From positions 6,124-70,123 of the forward strand of contig JBGSTS010000150.1 in the NCBI GenBank assembly GCA_041736435.1: a stretch of 64,000 bases of DNA, read 5' to 3'. Shown here in pieces: positions 1 through 10,063 of the stretch. Under the pieces are notes generated by a model. That model searched no databases, was not told the DNA's origin, and saw nothing but the letters and a program-made list of their open reading frames with translations. The position numbers were made by a program, and so were the translations under genes. Source of the stretch: Desulfobacterales bacterium (GTDB taxonomy: Bacteria > Desulfobacterota > Desulfobacteria > Desulfobacterales > SpSt-501). Each line of letters starts with the position of its first letter. Position 1 is the first letter of the stretch.

Positions 1-1
1 A

Positions 2-718
2 CAGCAGCTGACCGTAGCCTTGAATAACCTGGAAATCGCCAAAACCCAGTTCAACACGGTTCTGCGCCGCCCGGTCAGCAGCCCCGTAGAGCTGATCGAT
101 GATGTCGAACACGCCTCTTTGCAGTTGACAATTGAGGAGTGCCTCGAGACCGCCCAGAAAAACCGGCTAGAGGTTCAGGTCGCCAACCTGGACGTCGCCA
201 TCGCCGAGAAGGATGTCAAACTTTCGGAAAAAGATTATTTCCCCGCACTGGATCTGGTCGGCACTTACAGCCGCACCGGCGACGACTGGCACGCCCACGG
301 GGGGGATGGCATCAGCGATTCGGCCGGCTGGAACATCCAGGCCACCGCCACGTGGACCTTCTGGGAGTGGGGGCGCACCGGGTACGGCCGCAAGGAGAAA
401 CTGGCGCGCCTGGCTCAATCCAAGTATCGCAAGTCCGAGCTCCTGGATACCATCAGCCTCGACGTCAAGCAGGCCTACCTGCGGACCCGGGAAGCCGAAG
501 AGAACATCGCCACGGTCGAACAGGCGGTCGAACAGGCAAGGGAAAATTTGCGCATCACCGAGGAGCAGTACAAGGAGCAGGTGGCCACCCAGACCGATGT
601 CCTGATCGCCCAGACCCTGCTGACACAAACCGAAACCAACTACACCAACGCCCGGTTCGATTTTAAAATCGCCAAGGCCGTCCTGCTGCGGGCGATCGGC
701 CTGGAACGCCTGGAATGA
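2..718 (+). CDS. TolC-family outer-membrane efflux protein, C-terminal part (5' end lies outside the window)
   Basis: The frame is open from the window edge; the track ORF 20..718 begins at an internal TTG. TolC-like helical repeat sequence (..TDVLIAQTLLTQTETNYTNARFDFKIAKAVLLRA..). The stop overlaps the ftsE start (ATGA). Confidence 0.7.
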   Translation, partial: QQLTVALNNLEIAKTQFNTVLRRPVSSPVELIDDVEHASLQLTIEECLETAQKNRLEVQVANLDVAIAEKDVKLSEKDYFPALDLVGTYSRTGDDWHAHGGDGISDSAGWNIQATATWTFWEWGRTGYGRKEKLARLAQSKYRKSELLDTISLDVKQAYLRTREAEENIATVEQAVEQARENLRITEEQYKEQVATQTDVLIAQTLLTQTETNYTNARFDFKIAKAVLLRAIGLERLE

Positions 719-1431
719 CCGACGGCGACGCAGAAACACCGATCATCCGCCTGGTCCACGTTCAGCACGCCTACGGCCGCCACCAGGCCCTTACCGACCT
801 GACCTTCGACATTGCCAAAAACGAATGGGTGTTCATCGCCGGCCCGAGCGGAGCCGGAAAGAGCACCTTGCTCAAACTGTTTTATTTCGGGGCTCAGGCA
901 ACCGCCGGCGAGGTGCTCATCGACGGTGTCAACCCGGCACGCCTTCCGCCTCGCCGCATTCCCCTGCTGCGCCGAACGTGCGGGATGATCTTTCAGGATT
1001 ATAAGCTCATCCCCGGCCGCAGTGTTTCCGAGAACGTAGCCCTGGTGTTGGAAGCGGCCGGTTATCGTCGTCGCCTCATTCCCCAGAAAGTCCGCGCGGT
1101 GCTGCGCCTGGTGGGGATGGAAGCGCATGCGAACTCCCTTCCCCCTCAACTCTCCGGCGGAGAACAGCAGCGGGTGGCGGTGGCGCGGGCCCTCGTCGGT
1201 GACCCGAAGCTCATCCTGGCGGATGAGCCGACCGGCAGCCTGGATGAGGTGTCCGCCCGGGCCGTCCTGGAGTTGCTGCGTGCAGCCCATATCCGCGGCG
1301 CCACCGTCGTGATCGCCACTCACGACAAGGGGCTCATCCGGGACACCGGTGGACGGGTGCTGATTCTGGACCGAGGCCGCTTGACGCGCTCGGTGCACGT
1401 GGAAAAGTATTATGATCGCATGGCACATTAG
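715..1431 (+). CDS. ftsE: Cell-division ABC ATPase FtsE
   Basis: Walker [13 protein letters not shown] signature LSGGEQQR, Walker B LILADEPT. It is 238 aa and is immediately followed by ftsX. Confidence 0.9.
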   Translation: MTDGDAETPIIRLVHVQHAYGRHQALTDLTFDIAKNEWVFIAGPSGAGKSTLLKLFYFGAQATAGEVLIDGVNPARLPPRRIPLLRRTCGMIFQDYKLIPGRSVSENVALVLEAAGYRRRLIPQKVRAVLRLVGMEAHANSLPPQLSGGEQQRVAVARALVGDPKLILADEPTGSLDEVSARAVLELLRAAHIRGATVVIATHDKGLIRDTGGRVLILDRGRLTRSVHVEKYYDRMAH

Positions 1432-2290
1432 GCGAGCGTTCGAGGACCTTGTTGCCAACCGCTTTATCAGTGCCCTCACCGTCGTCACCATCGCGCTCTC
1501 CATTTTGATGGTCAGCCTGGCGATCCTCATCGCGGTAAACACGGATATCGCCCTGCAAGAATGGAAGCAAAACACGCGTATCATGGCCTATCTCAACGCC
1601 GACGGCACAGCGACTGCACCGGAACTGGTGCGGTCGATCCTGGCGGTCGAGGGCGTCGATTCCGCTCGCTTCATTCCGCGGGAGGACGCCTTGGCTGAAC
1701 TCAAGGCCCGGATGTCCCACCACGCCTCGCTGCTCGAGAATCTTGACGAAAACCCGTTGCCCGATGCGTTTGAGATCCGGCTGAGGACGGATGAGGACGG
1801 ATGGGAGCGGATAGAGAGCTTGGCCGGCCGGCTGCGCTCCCTGCCGGGAATCGAGGAAATCGAATACGGCCAGCAGTGGGTCGGAGCGCTGCGGGATGTC
1901 GCCCACCTGCTGCGGGTGGCCAGCGTGGGGATGACCGGGTTGTTTTTTATCGCCGCACTCTCCATTGTTGCCAACACGATCCGCCTGGTGGTCTACTCGC
2001 GCAAGGAGGAGGTGGACATCATGCGGTTGGTCGGAGCCTCGGAAGTGTTCATTCGGGCCCCGTTCTACATCTCGGGTTCGATCCAGGGCTTGGTAGGCGC
2101 CGCCATCGGGATAGCAGCGCTGTTTGCCGTGTTCAACGCGTTGGCGGTCCGCGCCGCCTTCGGAGTGATGGCGGAGTTCATCCAGTTTCGTTTTCTGTCC
2201 CCATGGGTGCTGACCGCCATCATCGCGGCCAGCATGGTTGTCGGCGCTCTGGGCGCTCACCTGTCCCTGCGCCGGAAGTTATCGGTCTGA
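1412..2290 (+). CDS. ftsX: Cell-division permease-like protein FtsX
   Basis: 292 aa with an N-terminal TM helix, a periplasmic loop and three C-terminal TM helices. It overlaps ftsE by 20 nt (translational coupling). Confidence 0.85.
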   Translation: MIAWHIRRAFEDLVANRFISALTVVTIALSILMVSLAILIAVNTDIALQEWKQNTRIMAYLNADGTATAPELVRSILAVEGVDSARFIPREDALAELKARMSHHASLLENLDENPLPDAFEIRLRTDEDGWERIESLAGRLRSLPGIEEIEYGQQWVGALRDVAHLLRVASVGMTGLFFIAALSIVANTIRLVVYSRKEEVDIMRLVGASEVFIRAPFYISGSIQGLVGAAIGIAALFAVFNALAVRAAFGVMAEFIQFRFLSPWVLTAIIAASMVVGALGAHLSLRRKLSV

Positions 2291-2322
2291 CGGTTGGCGC
2301 CGATGGACGTCGACCCGCCGAA

Positions 2323-3519
2323 ATGGACATGATGCCACGGATCCACTCCTTCAGGTGGTGGGCGGTTTTAGCTTGCCTCGCTCTGCCTTCGGGTGTCACC
2401 GGGCAGGTTCCACCGAATGCGCTCCGGCCTGATCGTGCAACCCCTCCCTTGCGTCAGGAAGCGGAGAGTCTGAGACAGGACATCCGCCGGCAGGAGACGG
2501 AACTTGACCTCTTTCGGCGCGATGAACGCCAGATCGCGGCCGCGCTCGAGGCCGCCGCTCAGGCGCTTCAGGGCTATCGCCGCCGCGCGGCAGCGCTGCA
2601 GCGCGAACTTGCCGAAATCAGCCAGAACATCGCCAGCACGGAGGCTGTGGCGGAGGATTTGCTGCGCCGCATTCGTGCGGGCGAAACCCACCTGTCCCGG
2701 CGACTGGTCGCACTCTATAAGGTCCAGGCAATGGGGACCGCCTTCCGCCCGCTTCCGGCAAAGTCGTTGCATGAATGGCTCCAGCTCCAAAAGGCCCTCG
2801 AGCAGGTTCTGGCCTACGACGAGCGAACCCTCAGTAACCTTCTGGCCCATCACGCCCAACTGAGGCAACTGCAGGGCCGCCTGGAACACCAGAAGGCTCA
2901 AAAACAGCGGCGCATGGCGGAGCATCATCGCCAGATCACCGGCGCCGCACATGAAACCACCAACCGGGAACATCTTCTGGCCCGGATTCGCAACCGCAAA
3001 CAACTGCAGCAGGCTGTGCTCGAAGCCCTGAAGCAGACCGCAGCGGACCTGGACCAAACCATCGATGCTTTAGGTCGCCGTGAGCCCTCCGAAGCACATC
3101 GCCCGGTGATCCCGTTTGCGGCGGCCAAAGGCTTGCTTATCTTTCCGGTTAGGGGTAAGATTATAAAAAAGTTCGGGCCGTTCAACCATCCCACGCTTCA
3201 TGTTCAGGCGTTTCATAGCGGTATCGAAGTTGCCGCGGACCGAGGCGAGCCGGTGAAGGCCGTGCATGCCGGCAGGGTGGTATTCGCCGACTGGTTTAAG
3301 GGATACGGCAACGTCCTCATTATCGATCACGACGACCACTATTACACCGTCCACGCTTTCCTGGAAGAGGTCTTCAAATCGGTCGACAGCCCTGTGGATG
3401 CTGGCGACGTGGTCGCGACGGTCGGGGACTCCGGAACCATGGGAACCCCCGGGCTCTATTTTGAAGTGCGTCATCGCGACACTCCGCTCGACCCATTGGA
3501 GTGGTTGAGGCCAAGCTGA
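2323..3519 (+). CDS. envC: EnvC-like murein hydrolase activator (coiled coil plus degenerate LytM/M23 domain)
   Basis: Signal peptide (RWWAVLACLALPSGVTG), a long Q/R/A/L-rich coiled coil, and a C-terminal M23 fold. The catalytic HxxxD and HxH motifs are replaced (HSGIE, GLYFEV), as in EnvC-type activators. ATG 2323 is chosen because the upstream part of track ORF 1801.. overlaps ftsX in another frame. Confidence 0.75.
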   Translation: MDMMPRIHSFRWWAVLACLALPSGVTGQVPPNALRPDRATPPLRQEAESLRQDIRRQETELDLFRRDERQIAAALEAAAQALQGYRRRAAALQRELAEISQNIASTEAVAEDLLRRIRAGETHLSRRLVALYKVQAMGTAFRPLPAKSLHEWLQLQKALEQVLAYDERTLSNLLAHHAQLRQLQGRLEHQKAQKQRRMAEHHRQITGAAHETTNREHLLARIRNRKQLQQAVLEALKQTAADLDQTIDALGRREPSEAHRPVIPFAAAKGLLIFPVRGKIIKKFGPFNHPTLHVQAFHSGIEVAADRGEPVKAVHAGRVVFADWFKGYGNVLIIDHDDHYYTVHAFLEEVFKSVDSPVDAGDVVATVGDSGTMGTPGLYFEVRHRDTPLDPLEWLRPS

Positions 3520-3622
3520 CCTCCTGACCGGAATCAAATTCTCGAAGGATCGAATGTCCGGGCGGTTGGGGATATCGCATCGCCTATCGACCGGAGCAGA
3601 TCACACCAGAAGGAGCAACCCA

Positions 3623-4984
3623 ATGAAGGGCATCATCAACCGGCCCGTGAAACTCTGGCTCGTCATGGTGACCGCCGCAATCCTGTGGATGATGGGTGCG
3701 GGGTTCCAAAAGGCCAACTCGGCCAATTCGGAAGACCTTTACGATGGGCTGAAATTATTCTCCGATGTCATCGAACTGATCCAACGTGAATACGTGGACG
3801 ATGTCGACCCCAAGGATCTCATCCAGAAGGCCATCCAAGGCATGGTGCAGGGTTTGGACCCCCATTCCTCCCTGCTACCGCCCGATGCGTTCGAAGATCT
3901 CCAGATCGACACCAAAGGGAAGTTCACCGGCATCGGCATTCACATCACCATGCGCAACGGTTTCGTTACCGTCATTTCACCGATCGAAGACACGCCGGCC
4001 CACAAAGCCGGAATCGAAGCCGGGGATCGCATCATCAAGGTGGACGGGCAGTTAGCCAAGGACCTGCGGGAGGCCGTCCGGATGATGCGGGGGCCCAAGG
4101 GGTCCAAGGTGGCGGTCACGATCATGCGTAACGGCATCAAGAAGCCACTGGAATTCGAGCTCATCCGGGATGAAATTCCAATTCAAAGCGTAAAATTCAT
4201 CATGCTCAAACCAGGATACGGGTACTTGCGCCTGTCCAACTTCACGGGAACCACCACCCAGGAATTTGAAAAGGCACTCGAGAAGCTGGAGGTGGAAACC
4301 GCACCCCTGAAGGGCCTGATCCTTGATTTGCGCAACAACGGGGGCGGCCTGCTCAACCAGGCCATCAGCATCTCGGATGTTTTCATCGACAAGGGGCAGA
4401 TTTTATCCATCAAAGGCCGGGACAAGAAAAACACCAAGGTGTTCAACGCCACGCCCTCCGTCGTTCAACGCGGATACCCGATCGTGGTGCTCATCAACGG
4501 GGGCACGGCCAGCGCATCGGAGATTGTAGCCGGCGCCCTTCAGGACCACAAGCGGGCACTCCTTTTAGGCGCTCCATCCTTCGGCAAGGGATCGGTACAG
4601 ACCGTAGAAACCCTGCGCGACGGCTCGGGCCTCAAACTCACCATCGCGCGCTACTACACGCCCAGCGGGCGCTCCATTCAGGCCAAAGGGATCGAGCCTG
4701 ACATCGCCCTCAAGTTCAAGCGCATGGACCCCGAGGAGCCTGCTGAAAAAGACGATGGTTTCTTCAAGGAGAAGGACCTGGAGAACCACCTTGAGGCCGA
4801 AGGCGATGTGGCCCCCTCCCCTCGGGCGCCGTCGAAATCGGGCACAGACCGGGGCGACAGCATCAAAGACGCTGAATCCCGGGTGGGGCCACTCAAGCTG
4901 GAGACGTTGCAAACGGACAATCAAATCATGCGGGCACTCGAAATCCTGACAGGCTTCGACGTGCTCCGCCACGTCAAAGGCTGA
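3623..4984 (+). CDS. S41 carboxyl-terminal processing protease (Ctp/Prc family) with PDZ domain
   Basis: TM/signal helix, PDZ segment, and S41 motifs (GGTASASEIVAGALQD, SFGKGSVQ). AGGAG lies 7 nt upstream of ATG 3623. Confidence 0.85.
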   Translation: MKGIINRPVKLWLVMVTAAILWMMGAGFQKANSANSEDLYDGLKLFSDVIELIQREYVDDVDPKDLIQKAIQGMVQGLDPHSSLLPPDAFEDLQIDTKGKFTGIGIHITMRNGFVTVISPIEDTPAHKAGIEAGDRIIKVDGQLAKDLREAVRMMRGPKGSKVAVTIMRNGIKKPLEFELIRDEIPIQSVKFIMLKPGYGYLRLSNFTGTTTQEFEKALEKLEVETAPLKGLILDLRNNGGGLLNQAISISDVFIDKGQILSIKGRDKKNTKVFNATPSVVQRGYPIVVLINGGTASASEIVAGALQDHKRALLLGAPSFGKGSVQTVETLRDGSGLKLTIARYYTPSGRSIQAKGIEPDIALKFKRMDPEEPAEKDDGFFKEKDLENHLEAEGDVAPSPRAPSKSGTDRGDSIKDAESRVGPLKLETLQTDNQIMRALEILTGFDVLRHVKG

Positions 4985-5014
4985 TCGCAGCGGGCATCCC
5001 CCCAACGCATCGAT

Positions 5015-6085
5015 ATGGCCCAGTCCAAGCCCACCCGAAAGGGAACACGCCGCCCCAAGAGGGGCCGGAGCAAGAAAGCCCCTGGGCTGGCCTGGAAGCT
5101 GCTGGGGACGATCGCCGCCGTCGCATTGCTCGTCTTCGGCGCAGTGGCGCTGATGCGCGTATGGGCCCCCCCGGAACGCCGGCCAGCTGTCGCCGAACGC
5201 CCGAAATCCCAGAACAAGGAGCCTGCCTCAACGGCTCGGGAACACACCCCTGAAAAGCGGCCCGAGGCGCGGCCGGCACCGGGGCGGCCGGGCACGTCCC
5301 CGCCGCCGGTTTTCGAAATTTTTCCAGAAACACCGCCCACCCCATCATCGGCCGAACCCGACACCCTGCATGCTGCGCTTCCGCCGGTGCCACCGGATCT
5401 GCCCCCGGTAAAAAAACGTCCGCGCCTGGCAATCATCATCGACGACATTGGCTATGACCGACAGCTGGCAGAAAAATTAATCGGGTTGAACGCACCGCTT
5501 ACCATTGCCATTCTGCCGCACAGCCCCCATCGGGAGGCGATCGCCCGTTTGGCGAACGAGCGCGGCCTGGAGGTCATGCTCCACCTGCCCATGGAACCCT
5601 TGGAATACCCGGAGATCAATCCCGGGCCAGGCGCCCTTCTGGCATCGATGGGCCCGGACGAGCTGCTGCAGATACTCGAGAAGAACCTCAAGGCCGTGCC
5701 GCACATCCAGGGAGTCAACAACCACATGGGCTCCCGGCTCACCGCGACCTCCGAACCGATGTACCAGGTGTTCTCGGTGCTGAAGCGCCACGGGCTTTAT
5801 TTTGTGGACAGCCGCACGACCAATGAAAGCGTCTGCCGGCCTTCGGCGCGCCTGTTTCAACTCCCCTTCGCCCAGCGGGACGTGTTCCTGGACCACGCCC
5901 ACGATTCGGCCTCTATCCGCAAACAGCTCCGGGAACTGGTGCGCATCGCTCAACGAAAGGGCGAGGCCGTGGGGATCGCCCACCCGCACCCGAGCACCTA
6001 TCAGATCCTCAAGGAAGAGCTGCCGGCGCTGCAGCAGCAGGTTGAGATGGTTCCGGCTTCCCGTCTTGTCCGTGTGATCGGGTAG
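5015..6085 (+). CDS. Divergent polysaccharide deacetylase family protein (YibQ-like) with TM anchor and Pro-rich linker
   Basis: C-terminal domain has DDIGYD..., LPHSPH and NNHMGS motifs typical of YibQ. It sits after envC and ctp, as in many proteobacteria. Confidence 0.75.
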   Translation: MAQSKPTRKGTRRPKRGRSKKAPGLAWKLLGTIAAVALLVFGAVALMRVWAPPERRPAVAERPKSQNKEPASTAREHTPEKRPEARPAPGRPGTSPPPVFEIFPETPPTPSSAEPDTLHAALPPVPPDLPPVKKRPRLAIIIDDIGYDRQLAEKLIGLNAPLTIAILPHSPHREAIARLANERGLEVMLHLPMEPLEYPEINPGPGALLASMGPDELLQILEKNLKAVPHIQGVNNHMGSRLTATSEPMYQVFSVLKRHGLYFVDSRTTNESVCRPSARLFQLPFAQRDVFLDHAHDSASIRKQLRELVRIAQRKGEAVGIAHPHPSTYQILKEELPALQQQVEMVPASRLVRVIG

Positions 6086-6236
6086 ATTCCAATTTCAAGT
6101 TTTTCCAGAAAGTGATATCATGGGGCAGTATTCTGTAAGATCAACCCAGTGGCTTCATGAAGCCCTCTAAGACCCTTCAGGGTGGCGGTTGCGCTGGACC
6201 GCAACGGCCTTTCCCACTGACAGAGACCCAGCTTCC

Positions 6237-9122
6237 ATGAGCAATGGACAGCCCCTTTACAACAGCCGCATCACCAAGATCTACCTCTCGTATCTTCAGA
6301 GCCGGCACCCGCAGGTCTCGGTAGAATCTGTTCTGCGCGACACCGGCATGATGCCCTACCAGATCGAAGACCCGGCGCACTGGTTCACACAGGAGGAAGT
6401 CGATCGATTTCAAGCGATATTGGTTCAACGCACGGGCGATAAGGACATCTCCCGCAAGGTTGGGCGTTATACGGCCGCATCGCGAACCGGGGGGGCGGTT
6501 CGTCAATATCTGCTAGGCCTGATGACCCCGGCCAGCATTTACCGCCTGATGGAAAAGAACTACCCCATGTTGAGCCGCGGGGCCGGCATCCGAGTCAAAA
6601 CCATCGGTCCACGCCAAGTGGAGATTACCGCCACCCCCAAACCCGGGGTCGCTGAAAAGCCTTACCAGTGCGCCAACCGAACCGGAATATTCGAAACGTT
6701 TCCGGCATTGTTCACCAGCGAACTGGCGCAGATCGAACATCCCGAATGCTTTCACCGCGGTGATTCCTGCTGCCGGTACATCGTCACCTGGCGTGAGAGC
6801 CCCTTTCTGCTCTGGCGCCGCCTGCGCAACGTTACCCTCATCGCCGGCCTCCTAGTTTCGGCGGCAGCCTACCCCTTTCTGCCTTTCGACGACTGGGCGG
6901 GGATGAATTTGGGGATAGTGATTCTGGCAGGCTTCTGCGCCTTCTGGTCCGAGCGGCTGGAAAACAAGTCTCTGGCCCGAACCGTCGAAGAACAGCGCAA
7001 GGCCGCCGAGGAGACGCTGCTCGAAAGCGAAGACCGCTACAACAACGCCATGCTGGTGCAGGAAATCGGACAGGCCACCTCCACCATTATGGACATCGAC
7101 AAGTTGATCCAGGCCGTGATGGGGATCACCGAAAAGCGACTGGGCTTCGACCGCGGCATGATCATGCTGGTAGATCGGAGCAAGCAGGTCCTGCAATTCG
7201 TTGCCGGCTACGGTCACACCCCCTCCCAGGAGCAGCTCCTGCGGGAGACCCGATTCAACATCGACAACCCGGACTCAAAAGGCGTTTTCATTCTCGCCAT
7301 GCGTGAACGTCGACCCATTCTGGTCAATGGCCTGAACAGCATCGAAAACAGCTTGTCGGCCAAAAGCCTCGAATTTGCGCGCAAGCTGGGGGGTGATTTG
7401 CTCATCTGTGTTCCGATCATCTTCGAAAACGAGGCCTTGGGTATCCTGGTCGTCGACAACAGCAAGACCAAACGCCTTTTGCAGCAAAGCGACATGAGCA
7501 TGCTGATCGGAGTGGCCTCCCAATTGGCGGCCAGTATCGTGAACGCGTTGTCCTTCGAGAAACTCCGTGACAGTGAAACAAAATACCGCGAACTGGTCGA
7601 AACCGCCAGCAGCGCCATTTTAAGGGTGAACCGCGAAGGCCGCATCACGTTTGTCAATAATTTTGCCCAGCAACTCCTGGGTAAACGTGAGTCCGAGCTG
7701 GTGGGGATGGACGCCGCCCGCTATATTTTGCCGGCCAGCGACTCCGGCCCGGCCAGTTACGATGGGTTCGTCACCGAGATCCGCCGCAGGGCGATGCAGC
7801 CTGTGGCCCGGGAGATCCCCATCGTTTCGCAGTCCGGCAAAAGGACCTGGCTGGCCTGGACCTATCGGCCGATCAGCGATGACGAGGACCGCTTCTCCGA
7901 GATGCTTTGCATCGGCAACGACATCACCGAACTCAAGCGTGCCGAGCAGGAGCGCAAGGAGCTGCAGCTCCAACTGCAGCGAGCCCAAAAAATGGAGGCC
8001 ATCGGCACCCTGGCCGGAGGCGTGGCCCACGATCTGAACAATATCCTGTCCGGAATCGTCAGCTATCCCGAGCTGCTGCTGATGGATCTGACGGAAGACA
8101 GCCCGCTGCGCAAACCAATTATCACCATCAAAAAATCCGGTGAGCGGGCAGCCGCCATTGTTCAGGATTTACTCACCCTTGCCCGGCGAGGTGTGGAAAC
8201 CACGGAAGTGCTCAATTTAAACCAGGTCGTATCCGACTACCTCGCCAGCCCCGAATTTTCCAAACTGCATCTCAACCACCCCGATGTCGCCGTGGACGCC
8301 CAGCTCGACGAGCGGCTGCTCAACATGGTCGGATCGCCGGCCCACCTTTCAAAAACCCTGATGAATCTCGTGGTCAATGCGGCGGAAGCCATGCCGAACG
8401 GCGGAAGGATGGTCATTCGCACTGAAAACGAATACCGGGATCGCCTGATCTCCGGGTACAATGAGCTCTTGCGGGGAGACTTCGTGGTGTTGACGGTCTC
8501 GGATACCGGCATCGGCATATCGACAGAGGACATGGAGCGCATCTTCGAGCCGTTTTACACGAAAAAGAGCATGGGCCGCAGTGGCACCGGCCTGGGGATG
8601 GCCGTGGTCTGGGGATCCGTCAAGGATCACCGCGGCCATATCGACGTCAAGAGCCGGGTCGGGGAGGGCACCACCATCACGTTGTTCTTCCCCGCAACCA
8701 GGCTGGCGGCGCACGTGCAGCGACATGAGCCGCTGGACCACTTCAAAGGCCATGGGGAAAGCGTGCTGGTCGTGGACGACATCGAGGAGCAGCGGCAAAT
8801 CGCCGGCGAGATCCTCACAAGGCTGGGGTATACCGTGGCGACCGCCTCAAGCGGCGAGGAAGCCCTGGATGCCCTGGATCGACAGGCGGCGGATCTTGTG
8901 GTGCTCGACATGATTATGGAACCGGGAATCGACGGCCTGGAAACATTTCGCCGCATCCGGGCACGAACGCCTGGGCAAAAAATGATCATCGCCAGCGGCT
9001 ACTCCGAATCGGCTCGCGTTCGAGAGGCACAGCGCCTGGGCGCTGGGACCTATGTCCGCAAACCGTATCTATTGGAAACCTTCGGACGGGCCGTGAGGAT
9101 GGAGTTGGACAAGGGTCGATAG
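6237..9122 (+). CDS. Hybrid sensor histidine kinase (N-terminal Cys-containing sensory domain, 2 TM, GAF, PAS, HisKA, HATPase_c, receiver)
   Basis: HisKA H-box GVAHDLNNIL; ATPase boxes (DTGIGI, GTGLGM); C-terminal receiver (VLVVDD...DLVVLDMIMEPGIDG). ATG 6237 is preferred to the TTG at 6189. Confidence 0.85.
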   Translation: MSNGQPLYNSRITKIYLSYLQSRHPQVSVESVLRDTGMMPYQIEDPAHWFTQEEVDRFQAILVQRTGDKDISRKVGRYTAASRTGGAVRQYLLGLMTPASIYRLMEKNYPMLSRGAGIRVKTIGPRQVEITATPKPGVAEKPYQCANRTGIFETFPALFTSELAQIEHPECFHRGDSCCRYIVTWRESPFLLWRRLRNVTLIAGLLVSAAAYPFLPFDDWAGMNLGIVILAGFCAFWSERLENKSLARTVEEQRKAAEETLLESEDRYNNAMLVQEIGQATSTIMDIDKLIQAVMGITEKRLGFDRGMIMLVDRSKQVLQFVAGYGHTPSQEQLLRETRFNIDNPDSKGVFILAMRERRPILVNGLNSIENSLSAKSLEFARKLGGDLLICVPIIFENEALGILVVDNSKTKRLLQQSDMSMLIGVASQLAASIVNALSFEKLRDSETKYRELVETASSAILRVNREGRITFVNNFAQQLLGKRESELVGMDAARYILPASDSGPASYDGFVTEIRRRAMQPVAREIPIVSQSGKRTWLAWTYRPISDDEDRFSEMLCIGNDITELKRAEQERKELQLQLQRAQKMEAIGTLAGGVAHDLNNILSGIVSYPELLLMDLTEDSPLRKPIITIKKSGERAAAIVQDLLTLARRGVETTEVLNLNQVVSDYLASPEFSKLHLNHPDVAVDAQLDERLLNMVGSPAHLSKTLMNLVVNAAEAMPNGGRMVIRTENEYRDRLISGYNELLRGDFVVLTVSDTGIGISTEDMERIFEPFYTKKSMGRSGTGLGMAVVWGSVKDHRGHIDVKSRVGEGTTITLFFPATRLAAHVQRHEPLDHFKGHGESVLVVDDIEEQRQIAGEILTRLGYTVATASSGEEALDALDRQAADLVVLDMIMEPGIDGLETFRRIRARTPGQKMIIASGYSESARVREAQRLGAGTYVRKPYLLETFGRAVRMELDKGR

Positions 9123-9209
9123 AAGTGCCGTCCGTGCGCGCAACTGCCTCTCCGGGCAGACCGTTTGCCGAGGCCCAACCAGCGGATGAGCGATGCGCAG
9201 ACGCTGCCG

Positions 9210-9878
9210 TTATGCCTGTCTGAGCATGCCGTAAAGAGCCCCGGGAGACAGAAAGCTGAATTCATAGCGGGCAAAACTGACCAGCGCCCCGTCGTGAAGC
9301 TTCACCGGTTTGCCCAGCAATCGCTCGCCATTCAGTGCCGTCCCGTTGGTGGACCCGCAGTCTTTGAGCAGGTAGTCCTCACCACGGACCTCGATCAGGG
9401 CATGCTTTTTAGAAATGGCGTAATCCGGGATGATACAATCGTTGGTGTCGACACGGCCAATCGAAAAAAGAGTGCCGGCGGAGGCGGCAAACTCACCTTT
9501 CACCAACGGATAAATGGCATGCCGCAGGCTCTCCGAAGCTGAGGCGCAATCCGGGGCGTCCTCGACCGGTTCGAATAAGACCGTCCGATTCAATTCGCGG
9601 GAGATTCCGGCGGAGGCCGACGCCAAGCTTCCGAGGTGGATCCCCGAGCCGGCCAACACCGGCCGCTGCATGAAACGAATGAAATCCTCCCGGCTGGCGG
9701 TTGCGACCATTTGTTGCAGCAGCGGCAGGCCGATTCGCCCCGAGGAACTGATCAGCTTGGCCACCCCGCCGATAAACGCCGCCGTGCCACGCCCGCTCCC
9801 CTGAGACGGCACCACGGCAGGTTGGCTGCGTCCCCTCAATTTGGCCAGGGTTTTGCTCAGCATCGATTCAGTTTCCAT
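9210..9878 (-). CDS. FHA domain-containing protein
   Basis: C-terminal FHA signature (GRVDTNDCIIPDYAISKKHALIEV...STNGTALNGERL). The N-terminal ~120 aa are unassigned. Confidence 0.8.
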   Translation of the reverse strand: METESMLSKTLAKLRGRSQPAVVPSQGSGRGTAAFIGGVAKLISSSGRIGLPLLQQMVATASREDFIRFMQRPVLAGSGIHLGSLASASAGISRELNRTVLFEPVEDAPDCASASESLRHAIYPLVKGEFAASAGTLFSIGRVDTNDCIIPDYAISKKHALIEVRGEDYLLKDCGSTNGTALNGERLLGKPVKLHDGALVSFARYEFSFLSPGALYGMLRQA

Positions 9879-9958
9879 TTACCCGTTCGAAAATAGGCAG
9901 GACTGGGCCCTCGCCGAAAGCGGTCGGAACGCTTGTCGCTGAAGCGTGCCGGTAAAGT

Positions 9959-9987
9959 TTGACTCACTGTCTGAAGGCTTATATAAT
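9959..9987 (+). promoter_or_regulatory. Sigma-70-type promoter (TTGACT-17-TATAAT) upstream of the 7TM-HD gene
   Basis: TTGACT at 9959-9964, a 17-nt spacer, and a perfect TATAAT at 9982-9987, about 75 nt upstream of ATG 10064. Confidence 0.55.
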
Positions 9988-10063
9988 TGTCGTTTTATGA
10001 TCGGTCATCGGCCGTTCGAGCGAAAACTTGAGCATCCTGCCCCCAATACTCTAATATAATTTA

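Noticed and set aside
1801-2322. N-terminal 174-aa extension of the EnvC-like ORF. Analogous extensions occur at 28631..28873 (degP), 33183..33662 (IMPase), 32874..33863 (HD protein) and 14585..14797 (biotin protein).
   Set aside because: The extensions overlap neighbouring genes or have non-protein-like composition. Internal ATGs with good RBS sequences coincide with the start of homology or of the signal peptide.
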